Below, piece after piece: positions 54,147 through 62,971 of a stretch of 64,000 bases of DNA; position 1 is the stretch's first letter, and each line of letters opens with the position of its first letter. The position numbers were made by a program, and so were the translations under genes. The notes below the pieces were generated by a model. It was not told where the DNA came from. It was given only the letters and a program-made list of their open reading frames with translations, and did not search any database. Origin of the DNA: a virus; the IMG/VR virus record IMGVR_UViG_3300029922_000004. One strand, given 5' to 3'.

Positions 54147-56103
54147 GGGTTAGACAACTTTTAAAATCAATGGCGTCTTTGGCATTATGAGAATAGGACT
54201 GATTTTTCAAAGGTAGATATACTATTTCGAAAGTTCCGCGATGTTGCCCTTGTCCTTCACCGAAAAGCGGGTTTTCAAAGATTGGATTATATTCAAGTAT
54301 TCCATTAATATATGGATTACCCTCTATAATAGAGCGAAATGGCGGTTTAGTTGCAACATACAACGCCCAATCGGGGTAGCGATTTTTGATAGATTCGAAA
54401 GTCGCGGTTGCTAGATACACGTCGTCGGCGTTTTCTGGAATTACTACGAGAACGCGGCCTTTATCGGCGGGGTTAAGGAAGTCCTCTAACTTTGACCCTC
54501 CTTTTTGTTCTTGGAGAGTTTTAAACGCGACTTGGCGGAAGTATTGTTCAATTTGGGGGCGCTCTAGGTCTTTATGAATCCTATTGGCCCAGTGAAGAAA
54601 ACCTTCGTCCTTCCTATCCACGGGACGGTCAAGTATTTTTGCGTATAGATACAGAATCCATTCACCATCATCTGCAATTTGGGGTATTTGATGATTCGGG
54701 TCTGCGTTTAACTTTTTATTTTCAAACACAGATGGGTCATTTATAAACGGCGCGGCGTCAATAAACTCTTCATATATTTTTCCAATGCTATCCACAGAAA
54801 ACGTCTTTAAAGCAAACTCTCTGGCGTTATTGCTTAATTTTTTATATTCTTTGGAATCCATCAGGTAAAACTTCTTCATTACCTTGGCAATAGAGTAAGG
54901 AAAGGTCCATGATTTTATGAAGTTCGTTCCAGCCCCTTCAAGATATTCGGAATAGTCCAATGGGAAGGTTGCAGACTCGACGGGTCTTTTACAGAAGTCT
55001 TCTCCACAACTGTAATTAGTCACTGCGCCGGGGAGACCGCATAATTTACTTTCTATTGCAAAGCCAATTTCTAATCCGCCAGAGGTAATTGGTGCAAGAT
55101 AAAAATTAGAGATATTATAAATTTCATTTAATTGTTTTTCTGTAACGCCAAAAGCTGGACCCGTGGTAGTCTGAGATTGGGGTGAGTTACAAAACCTGCA
55201 TTTTAAATTATCTCCTTGATAGTGTTTAATTTCATATTGTCCACAGTCTCGACATATATAGGTGGTTAAAATATCCTGTATTGGTACTCCAAATTGGGCG
55301 CAAAATGAGGGGATATTCCATCCTTCATTAAAACTGGTATGAAAAAGAAATTTTACATTTTTAATTTGTGGATTGTCTTTCTTGAAGAGGGACATTGCTT
55401 CGATAAGATTTGGATAACCTTTTCTTAGCTGATTTCTTGAAACACAGGAAAAAATTACTTCATTTTGTGGTATATTAAACTTTTTTCTAAGTTCAGCTTT
55501 CTCTGCCGAGGGGAGGGGATAAAATGGCGAGCAATCAATAGTTCCATAGACAGTCTTGACGTGACTTAAACCCATCTTATGCATCTCTTCCGTGGAGAAT
55601 TCATTCCAGTTCCAAAAGTGCTTAGACTTCTTGGCTAGGGCAATTGCAGTTGGTAATATGGGTCTACTGTCCAAGGTAACATATGGTACAGAAGTAATCT
55701 TGTTATACCAAGGATGCTCTGCTATAAAATCGACCCCCCAAACGTCGTTAACCATCCACAAAACTTCTACTTTTTCTTTTTTTACAAGTTCATCTATCGT
55801 GAATCTTCCATATGCAGCGGTGCGTTCGATATCCCCATGAGATTGAGGTGGATTTTGTTGTTTTAATTGATTGATTTGTTCTGGAATAATCACGCCGTAA
55901 CATTTCCACGGAACCCTATCGAGGTCTGGATTATTTGCAATAGTCCCCGCACAAAACTGAACAATATCATATTTACCTGTTTGATATAGATAACTAATAA
56001 TAGATTTAGCGTATCTGCCGAAGCCAGTTTTCGCAAGGGCATGGTCAACGAGAAAGGCTACCTTTTTTTTCTTATTTATTCCATTCATAAACTTTATTAC
56101 CAC
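54139..56103 (-). CDS. Multidomain glycosyltransferase (GT4-like + Zn ribbon + DUF4214-like + GT9-like N-terminal domain)
   Basis: KTGFGRYAK, VSRNQLRKGYPNLIEA, GGLEIGFAIESKLCGLP (GT-B); CRDC...CRFC; LYAKILDR..D..GFLHW; RVLVVIPENADDVYLATATFESIKNRYPD. Confidence 0.8.
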   Translation of the reverse strand: MVIKFMNGINKKKKVAFLVDHALAKTGFGRYAKSIISYLYQTGKYDIVQFCAGTIANNPDLDRVPWKCYGVIIPEQINQLKQQNPPQSHGDIERTAAYGRFTIDELVKKEKVEVLWMVNDVWGVDFIAEHPWYNKITSVPYVTLDSRPILPTAIALAKKSKHFWNWNEFSTEEMHKMGLSHVKTVYGTIDCSPFYPLPSAEKAELRKKFNIPQNEVIFSCVSRNQLRKGYPNLIEAMSLFKKDNPQIKNVKFLFHTSFNEGWNIPSFCAQFGVPIQDILTTYICRDCGQYEIKHYQGDNLKCRFCNSPQSQTTTGPAFGVTEKQLNEIYNISNFYLAPITSGGLEIGFAIESKLCGLPGAVTNYSCGEDFCKRPVESATFPLDYSEYLEGAGTNFIKSWTFPYSIAKVMKKFYLMDSKEYKKLSNNAREFALKTFSVDSIGKIYEEFIDAAPFINDPSVFENKKLNADPNHQIPQIADDGEWILYLYAKILDRPVDRKDEGFLHWANRIHKDLERPQIEQYFRQVAFKTLQEQKGGSKLEDFLNPADKGRVLVVIPENADDVYLATATFESIKNRYPDWALYVATKPPFRSIIEGNPYINGILEYNPIFENPLFGEGQGQHRGTFEIVYLPLKNQSYSHNAKDAIDFKSCLTHE

Positions 56104-57586
56104 AGTCCCATATTCTATTCCAACCGTTATTTTTCATGTTTTCCCATTCTGATAATTCTGGATTAAATTTATCCAAGACTTCCGACAAATGACTTTTTCT
56201 AAAATTATATCGGTGATAAAGCTTCCTCTCTTGCCTTATAAAATACCAATAATTGGGTCTGGAATTATGTTTTAAAGAGAATCCAAGATTCTCGTATAGA
56301 TGTCCCACCGACCATCTTCTATCCGCATAAGATATTATAGTATTAGGTAGTTCTTTTCTCGTAAAAAACTTAAATAATTTGCTTGCTCCACCTATAATTG
56401 AAAAATTTGCGATATTGCAGAATCTACTCAGTTCCCAAGTCCCATGTTTTATATTTTTATGCCCTAGCGCAACTCTGGGTTTACAAAAAGTCATCACAGA
56501 AACTAAACGATTTTTATAGAACAGCCCCAGATTTTTTTGTGATTTATCAGCACCTTGAATATGATATTTAGTAAGAAATTTGTTTTTTGTTACAGCATCT
56601 ATTTCTTTAATATGACATTTCCTTGCATAAATTTTGTATTTTAGTAATCCGAGGATTGATTTTAACCGCGAAAAGACAATTTTGGTTTTTTTAAGAATTT
56701 CGCAGTCATATATCTGAAGCAGTGAAATGTCCTTCTGTTGACATAATTCTAATTTATTTCTGTCGGCATATTTATCTCCGTCGCGTTCGTCTCGAATTAT
56801 TTGACTATGCCAATATAATCCATTACATTCAATCCCTAAATTAAGAGATGGAATAAATATATCTAATTCTTTTCCTTCTAGTATTTTTCTATCATTTTTT
56901 ATATAAACAATATTATGTTTGTCCAGAAAAGAGTGAACGATTGTTTCCAAGCCCTTATTAAAGATTCCGCATTTGGGACACCCACAGACACGGTGAACAG
57001 CTATAGACTTTGAAAACCATCCGTGTTTGGGACATTTGATATTAAGAATCGTCTTATCTGTAACATCTTTTTCATTTTCAATAGTAGAAACATCATAAGT
57101 ATATTTATGATTGTAAATCTTATTAAATAATTTAATATAATAACTAATTCCTTCTCTTGCATTATATCCATTATTTTTTAAAGCACAGGCCGGGCATCCA
57201 TATTTTGAATTAAGATGAACGGCGGGATTTTGGTCGAATTCTCCATGAATAGGACAAATGATGGTTACTTTTCTATGAAAGCCATTGTATTCGACACTAG
57301 AATAGTTAAAAAAATTGTTATACTTTAAATTTGCTCTCTTAATGAATTCATCTTGAGGCAACCGTTGATTTTTATTTACCGTCTCGTTCCTACATTGATG
57401 ACACCCTCCATTCCCGTCGTTTCTTTTATGTCCATGATATCTGATAAAAAAAGACCCATGTTTTTTACAGACAATTTCAAGTTTATCATCGTATCCTGTA
57501 TAATTTACCTTAGAATAATCAAATTTATCCCCATGTTTTTCCGTAAACTTGCGTATGATTTGTTCGTTAGTAAGCCTTAATTTCAT
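56072..57586 (-). CDS. Hef-like homing endonuclease (DUF723-like Zn repeats, Vsr/PD-(D/E)XK-like nuclease, GNAT-like C-terminus)
   Basis: Three HGDKFDYSKVNY...ICPIHGEF...GCPAC-type repeats; ELDIFIPSLNLGIECNGLYWH; WELSRFC...GGASKLF...ISYADRRWSVGHLYENLGF. Confidence 0.75.
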   Translation of the reverse strand: MKLRLTNEQIIRKFTEKHGDKFDYSKVNYTGYDDKLEIVCKKHGSFFIRYHGHKRNDGNGGCHQCRNETVNKNQRLPQDEFIKRANLKYNNFFNYSSVEYNGFHRKVTIICPIHGEFDQNPAVHLNSKYGCPACALKNNGYNAREGISYYIKLFNKIYNHKYTYDVSTIENEKDVTDKTILNIKCPKHGWFSKSIAVHRVCGCPKCGIFNKGLETIVHSFLDKHNIVYIKNDRKILEGKELDIFIPSLNLGIECNGLYWHSQIIRDERDGDKYADRNKLELCQQKDISLLQIYDCEILKKTKIVFSRLKSILGLLKYKIYARKCHIKEIDAVTKNKFLTKYHIQGADKSQKNLGLFYKNRLVSVMTFCKPRVALGHKNIKHGTWELSRFCNIANFSIIGGASKLFKFFTRKELPNTIISYADRRWSVGHLYENLGFSLKHNSRPNYWYFIRQERKLYHRYNFRKSHLSEVLDKFNPELSEWENMKNNGWNRIWDCGNKVYEWNK

Positions 57587-57607
57587 TTTCTATTAAAGAC
57601 TTATATT

Positions 57608-58126
57608 TTAAATCGTCTCCACGACTTCCTGAATTTTTACTCCGGCGAAAGCCTGTTGAAGACAGAAAATCAAATACTCACGAATAAGCCGACTTTCAGG
57701 ATAGTTCGTTCCAAAATAGAACGAGTTTTTAGGAGCGGTTGAATCCTGTTTGTCGGTGATAGTAATACTGAAACTATAACCCCGTTGCGTAGCCTTCTCC
57801 CCTTCCGGCACCTTATTCATCCACGGCGAAAAATTTATAGATTTGATTTGCTTTTCGGAATCGTGCATTGAAGAATACGCGCGGTTACGGTCGAGAAGGT
57901 CGAGAATCGCGGCCACTTCCATTTGATTTAAAGCCACTGTTACGCTTTTGGCTGGATTATTACGGCTCTCCTTAAACCCGCCGATGCGCTTTTCGGCGTC
58001 CCAAGTCGATTGTTTTAACAATGAAAAAAACACCGTCCCGTCTTTGGCAGATTGGCTAAATGAACAGGCGAAGCCGGTATTTGATTTATTCGGGTGATAC
58101 AATGGGAGCGGGGCGATTTGATTCAT
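57608..58126 (-). CDS. Putative Whirly/PC4-like ssDNA-binding protein
   Basis: Two beta4-alpha repeats (YHPNKSNTGFACSFS...VFFSLLKQ...VALNQMEVAAILD; ...YSFSITI...FYFGTNYPESRLIREYL). Confidence 0.4.
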   Translation of the reverse strand: MNQIAPLPLYHPNKSNTGFACSFSQSAKDGTVFFSLLKQSTWDAEKRIGGFKESRNNPAKSVTVALNQMEVAAILDLLDRNRAYSSMHDSEKQIKSINFSPWMNKVPEGEKATQRGYSFSITITDKQDSTAPKNSFYFGTNYPESRLIREYLIFCLQQAFAGVKIQEVVETI

Positions 58127-58140
58127 AATTTTATCTTTCT

Positions 58141-58169
58141 ATTATAATTCAATTCTCGGAAAAAGTCAA
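58141..58169 (-). promoter_or_regulatory. Sigma70-type promoter
   Basis: TTGACT-17 nt-TATAAT, 14 nt before ATG 58126. Confidence 0.8.
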
Positions 58170-58176
58170 GTAAAAA

Positions 58177-58183
58177 GTGTAAT
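58177..58183 (+). promoter_or_regulatory. Putative late promoter motif GTGTAAT
   Basis: 26 nt before the GTG start at 58210, divergent from the sigma70 promoter. Confidence 0.65.
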
Positions 58184-58209
58184 TTAATATAATAAAATTA
58201 AGGCAAACG

Positions 58210-61200
58210 GTGGATTTTACAAGCACAACTGGTAATATTATTGTCGGAAACGTTTTTGAAGGGGCATACTCAATCCCAATTCTCCCCACTGGCTACGTTG
58301 ACGGAAGCCCATTTTATTACGCGTTAATCAATCAAGGAATTAATCCTTCTGGCATTACAGGAACTTTTGTATATTTTCAATCTGGGAACGAGTTTATTGA
58401 TTCGGGTTATTTACTATCGGGGCTAATAGGACAATCACAAGTTTTGTCGGGGGCTACTTCAAGCCCATCTAATGCTTCGGGCTATTTGTTTTATAGAATT
58501 AACGCCTCGATATATGGAACATGTTGTGGGGTAGGTTCAGATGCTAACGTCTGGTTTTCGGGGTACAGTTTTTATAATGCCTTTCATCCCGGCGGATACT
58601 ACTCCCCGCCGTTTGGCGAAAACCTTTCCGTCTACAAGCAAAATCAAGATGGTACAAGTTCATTAAGTGAAGTGGGTAGTTGTGATTCTCTTACTACTAC
58701 AGAATACAATGATATTTTCGGCATCAATACCCAGCTAGATGACTTAATTAACGACTCTTCTGATAGCGCAACTGCTTATATCAATTCCCCGGCTATAGCA
58801 TGTCCACAAGATTTGTCGGTGACTTATTACTGGCACGAGACAGATTACAACATCATCGCGGGGACTTCTAGCGCCATCGCGGGTAATACGTTTTATAATA
58901 CTAATCCTATACCTACTTCGCTGGATAACTTTTACGTTAAAACTAATCTAAGATATGCAACAAGTGGAAGTGGATTAGGAATATTAGTAGATAATGGTGA
59001 TGGTACAAAAACCGAGGAAATCCTTGAGACTATCTTATATGATAGTTCTGGAAGACCAATCCCCGCCTATCCAACGTTTGATGGTGGCGTTTCAGGTCAT
59101 GCAAACTCGGATATTTTTAATACACAGACTTGCCCCGGATATATTGCCGAAAATGGTATTGCTATAGGTCAGAATACTGAAAGCCAATTAATAGACGTAG
59201 CTGATGCATCTCAAGGCAGCGATGGACATTTTGACTTTTTCAACTGGTGGAATATATGGCACTTTTTACCAAAGGAGAATAGTGATGGTTTTCCTTTCTC
59301 CAACGGTTATAGTAATAGCGGCAATGTGGGCCTCACAACCGATACTGATGGTAATCAAGGTAGTTCTCTTTTTGAATATAGTCTGGCGGATAGTGACGCT
59401 TACTGGGACAGAAGGCAGTGTCCCGAAGCGATATCATTTCTTCCTCATACTTTTGGGGCGTCAATTTTTGCGTGTCCACAATATTACTTGGATGTTCCGT
59501 ATTATGCAGCCAATAAGAAATTTGGATTTTATGGAACAAGATTTCTAAATGGATGTGTCAGTCTTGAGATGGATTATCCTACCGGTACAACGCCAAACGT
59601 TTCTGACTTACCAACGGGATATACTTATATCACCCCGCAGGAAATTGAACCTTCTCCAGACGCGGGAATTAATTGGAGCTTCCCTAACTACACGAATCTT
59701 CTAAGAATAGCCGCCGCAGAGGAGAAACAATCAGATTTCTATGCTTTAAATAAATCATTCTTCTTGTGGACGAATTCGGGGTTGGTAACGCAATCCTCAG
59801 ATTTTGCCGTTTTAACTGGTAACAGTGGTTTTTATCCCTTGTTTTTGAGTCTTTTCGGGCAATACAACAACTATTTCCCCAGCGGAACAGGTGATTTTGT
59901 TAATAAAAATAGCGGTCTTTTTGAAAGCGGTGTGGGGTCTATTTTCTACGACACCGGCACAACATATGAATTTTTAGGCAATAACGACAATTATATATTA
60001 TTTAAAAATCAATTAACTTCAATACTTACAGGCATTAATGAAATTAATAGTTGGGCATCAATAGAATCCCAGTATGCTTGTGGCGTTTTAGACTCTAATG
60101 GAAATATTGCGTCGGACTTTTATGGGGCATTAAATAGTGGCAAGCAATCAAGATTACAGACTAGATACTTTGAAAATTACGTTAAGGGAAATCCAATTGA
60201 TTTATATCCTACTAATAAAATAACATTTAGTTATGACCACGCGGGAGACTTCATTAATAGTAGTGGGTGGGGTAAATCGCCTTTTGGTTTTGGATTGAAT
60301 AGTAGTTTTGCCGATAGTGGACTTACAAGAAGATATTTTGTCGGTGCTTATGGAGATGGTGAGGATATTTCTGAATTAACCAACTTTATAAGTCAGACCG
60401 CTAACATTAATAACGGCGCGTTCTATCCGGGGTATTTTGATAATAACCAGAATATGGAATTGCCGGAGCCAACCTATACTCCGGTTCTGACAGGTAGCGG
60501 CAGTATGAACGGCGGAACGTTTAATCCTCTTCCTAATGGGTGGATGGCTATGGGTTATAATGGTGTCGGTGAAATGAAAAACAATTTTTCGTGTTTTACT
60601 CCGATATTTATAAGGCAACCATTCAACAAAACGTACTGTAAGGTGGGTCAGTCGCCCACTTTTCGCTCTTTAGCAGTTGATTATCATACAATTCCCGAAG
60701 ACAAGATAAATATCCGCTATCCCGAAATTGTTTACTGGGCAGAAAAGTTAAAAATGATAGATACCAACTACAATAACCTATATCCCCTATCTTATAAGTG
60801 GTACAGAATTCCTACAGGTAGTTGTACTGGTTCTAATGGTCAGGCTAGTTTTTCTAATTTTCTTTTGAATCCTAATTTTGAACTACTAGACCCTTCTAAT
60901 CCTACGGGTGATTGGTGTGCTTTAGAGGGAGATGGTCCGATTTGTACTTTAATTCATCCAACTGGCTGCGTACCGGCATTCACTCCAAATGGGGCATGGG
61001 CTTATCCTAATATTGATACCCCAATATATAAAACCGCGCAACAGAATAACTTCTATATGACAAAAAAGAAGGGCGCAATTAAAGGGGTGGATGACCAGTA
61101 TTACTATTTCTGTATGACTAGAGGAAGGTTTGGAATAAGAATTAGCGAGCCTTCAGAACTATTTATCGAGGATTGGTTAAAATTTGATTTGTCAATACAA

Positions 61201-62961
61201 AATGGAGGCAATGTCACTATTAACCCCACCGTTCAGTTTGTGGCGGGCGATACTGGTATTTCTTGTAGTCCTACTAACGTTGTAAGTTATGGTGGATTCG
61301 TTAGAGACAATGATTCAATTCCAGAAGATGTTATTCAAGAACAAATCCCGCCGCCAAACGCAGGATATGGGGATGTTTTTTCTTATAAATTTGTAGGCTC
61401 GTGGGCTTATCGTGGAGCGAATCAAACTTACGTACCCGGAACTTTAAAAGATACTAGGGGACTTCAAGAAACGTGGGGTAGGTTGCTAGACTACGGAACT
61501 TTGGTTCAATATAATGTAACGTTGGCCCAAGAAGATGGAGATTTTTTGTATGGTAGGAATCATCTCCCAGTTTGCAGCAATAATACTATGGTAACCGCCC
61601 AAGATGGCATTAAAGTCATAGTAGATGGGGTTGTTCATTGGGCTAATATGCAGAGTCCAATCGTGGATACTGACGGAAGATATGGGGTTTTGTGGAATCA
61701 ACTAGGAAATGCCGGTGAACTTTATGTTCCATCTGACATGACAAGTAATGGGGGAATCGCAAGTTGGAGTCCCGGTGTTGGTCAATGGCAGTATGGTAAC
61801 AATTTGGGAACAATACATTCTTTCGGATGGGATAGTCAACTAGCCGACATAACTAAAATAGGAAATGGCGGTTTTGATAATACCAGCCTACAAACTTTGA
61901 AAAAGAACCTTTTGGGTGGTGGGGCTTTGGGTGGAGAAAACTGTGGATGGAATAAGTATGGTTTAGGTAGGAATATGGCTTATTGGATTGAAGGATTTAG
62001 TTCCTTTTATTTATATTGTGACTCGCTTAAGAAAAAGAACATCACTAATTATAATTACATGAATCCCGGCTTGAGGCAGACTAACAGTTCAGTGCAATAT
62101 TTCTGGCTCGGTAAACCTAATAACAGCTATTTAGATAGGTATCCTCTTTTCGGCCCTTATGCTTATCAGTGGAAAACCTATCCACACAACAGAGATAGAA
62201 ACGGTAATGGAATATCAGAGGGGTTATATTCCTATGGATGGAATACTAATTATACTTTACAATATGATGCTCCCGCGATTTATGGATTATTTATGAAGTA
62301 TGGTAGTTCTAATAGAGATAAGGCCACTATTAACGCGGCTAGAGCATCTGTGTTCGGCCCTAATCCCACATCAGTCACCTCTACTCGGTTCGGCTTTACA
62401 AATGGAGATGGGGGTACGCGAGGACAGTACGGAAATATTTGGTTGGGCAATATCTCAGACCCGGGAAATGCGACAAGAGATTACGTTAATTCTGGGGTTT
62501 TTAACGCAGAGACTCAAGAAATGAATTTGTACGGATGTTCCGATGAAGATTTGTTGGCGGGAAGATGTTTTGACCCCTGCTTGAGTATGAGATATCAATT
62601 TGGATTCCTTCCGGGCGGGAAGAGACAGGATATGACAACAAATTATCCCGGCGGTTCTGGTTATAGAATTGTTGCTAATGCCCCAGTCATAAACAATGCT
62701 CCCGTAACCCAAACGCAAGATGTAAATGGAACATTTTTCCGTGGGGCTTTTGGAACCCCTCATATACAATATTTGAAAACTCAAGTGGGTGCCATATTAA
62801 CACATGAATTAAATGGTTTATCTCCTTGTTTCGATGGGGGCGCTGACCACTGCAACTATATCACCCCGACTCTTAATATCGGTTCTTCTATGTATTTAGA
62901 ATCAACAACATCAAACTTTTTTGCGAATGCGAATTTAGCAACTCAATCGGTCAATCTCTAA
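58210..62961 (+). CDS. Large virion protein with an interrupted Ig-like domain
   Basis: 1583 aa, S/G/N/Y-rich; TPIFIRQP...KVGQSPTF...PLSYKWY...YYFC...GIRISEPSEL Ig pattern. Confidence 0.6.
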   Translation: MDFTSTTGNIIVGNVFEGAYSIPILPTGYVDGSPFYYALINQGINPSGITGTFVYFQSGNEFIDSGYLLSGLIGQSQVLSGATSSPSNASGYLFYRINASIYGTCCGVGSDANVWFSGYSFYNAFHPGGYYSPPFGENLSVYKQNQDGTSSLSEVGSCDSLTTTEYNDIFGINTQLDDLINDSSDSATAYINSPAIACPQDLSVTYYWHETDYNIIAGTSSAIAGNTFYNTNPIPTSLDNFYVKTNLRYATSGSGLGILVDNGDGTKTEEILETILYDSSGRPIPAYPTFDGGVSGHANSDIFNTQTCPGYIAENGIAIGQNTESQLIDVADASQGSDGHFDFFNWWNIWHFLPKENSDGFPFSNGYSNSGNVGLTTDTDGNQGSSLFEYSLADSDAYWDRRQCPEAISFLPHTFGASIFACPQYYLDVPYYAANKKFGFYGTRFLNGCVSLEMDYPTGTTPNVSDLPTGYTYITPQEIEPSPDAGINWSFPNYTNLLRIAAAEEKQSDFYALNKSFFLWTNSGLVTQSSDFAVLTGNSGFYPLFLSLFGQYNNYFPSGTGDFVNKNSGLFESGVGSIFYDTGTTYEFLGNNDNYILFKNQLTSILTGINEINSWASIESQYACGVLDSNGNIASDFYGALNSGKQSRLQTRYFENYVKGNPIDLYPTNKITFSYDHAGDFINSSGWGKSPFGFGLNSSFADSGLTRRYFVGAYGDGEDISELTNFISQTANINNGAFYPGYFDNNQNMELPEPTYTPVLTGSGSMNGGTFNPLPNGWMAMGYNGVGEMKNNFSCFTPIFIRQPFNKTYCKVGQSPTFRSLAVDYHTIPEDKINIRYPEIVYWAEKLKMIDTNYNNLYPLSYKWYRIPTGSCTGSNGQASFSNFLLNPNFELLDPSNPTGDWCALEGDGPICTLIHPTGCVPAFTPNGAWAYPNIDTPIYKTAQQNNFYMTKKKGAIKGVDDQYYYFCMTRGRFGIRISEPSELFIEDWLKFDLSIQNGGNVTINPTVQFVAGDTGISCSPTNVVSYGGFVRDNDSIPEDVIQEQIPPPNAGYGDVFSYKFVGSWAYRGANQTYVPGTLKDTRGLQETWGRLLDYGTLVQYNVTLAQEDGDFLYGRNHLPVCSNNTMVTAQDGIKVIVDGVVHWANMQSPIVDTDGRYGVLWNQLGNAGELYVPSDMTSNGGIASWSPGVGQWQYGNNLGTIHSFGWDSQLADITKIGNGGFDNTSLQTLKKNLLGGGALGGENCGWNKYGLGRNMAYWIEGFSSFYLYCDSLKKKNITNYNYMNPGLRQTNSSVQYFWLGKPNNSYLDRYPLFGPYAYQWKTYPHNRDRNGNGISEGLYSYGWNTNYTLQYDAPAIYGLFMKYGSSNRDKATINAARASVFGPNPTSVTSTRFGFTNGDGGTRGQYGNIWLGNISDPGNATRDYVNSGVFNAETQEMNLYGCSDEDLLAGRCFDPCLSMRYQFGFLPGGKRQDMTTNYPGGSGYRIVANAPVINNAPVTQTQDVNGTFFRGAFGTPHIQYLKTQVGAILTHELNGLSPCFDGGADHCNYITPTLNIGSSMYLESTTSNFFANANLATQSVNL

Positions 62962-62971
62962 TATAATAAAC

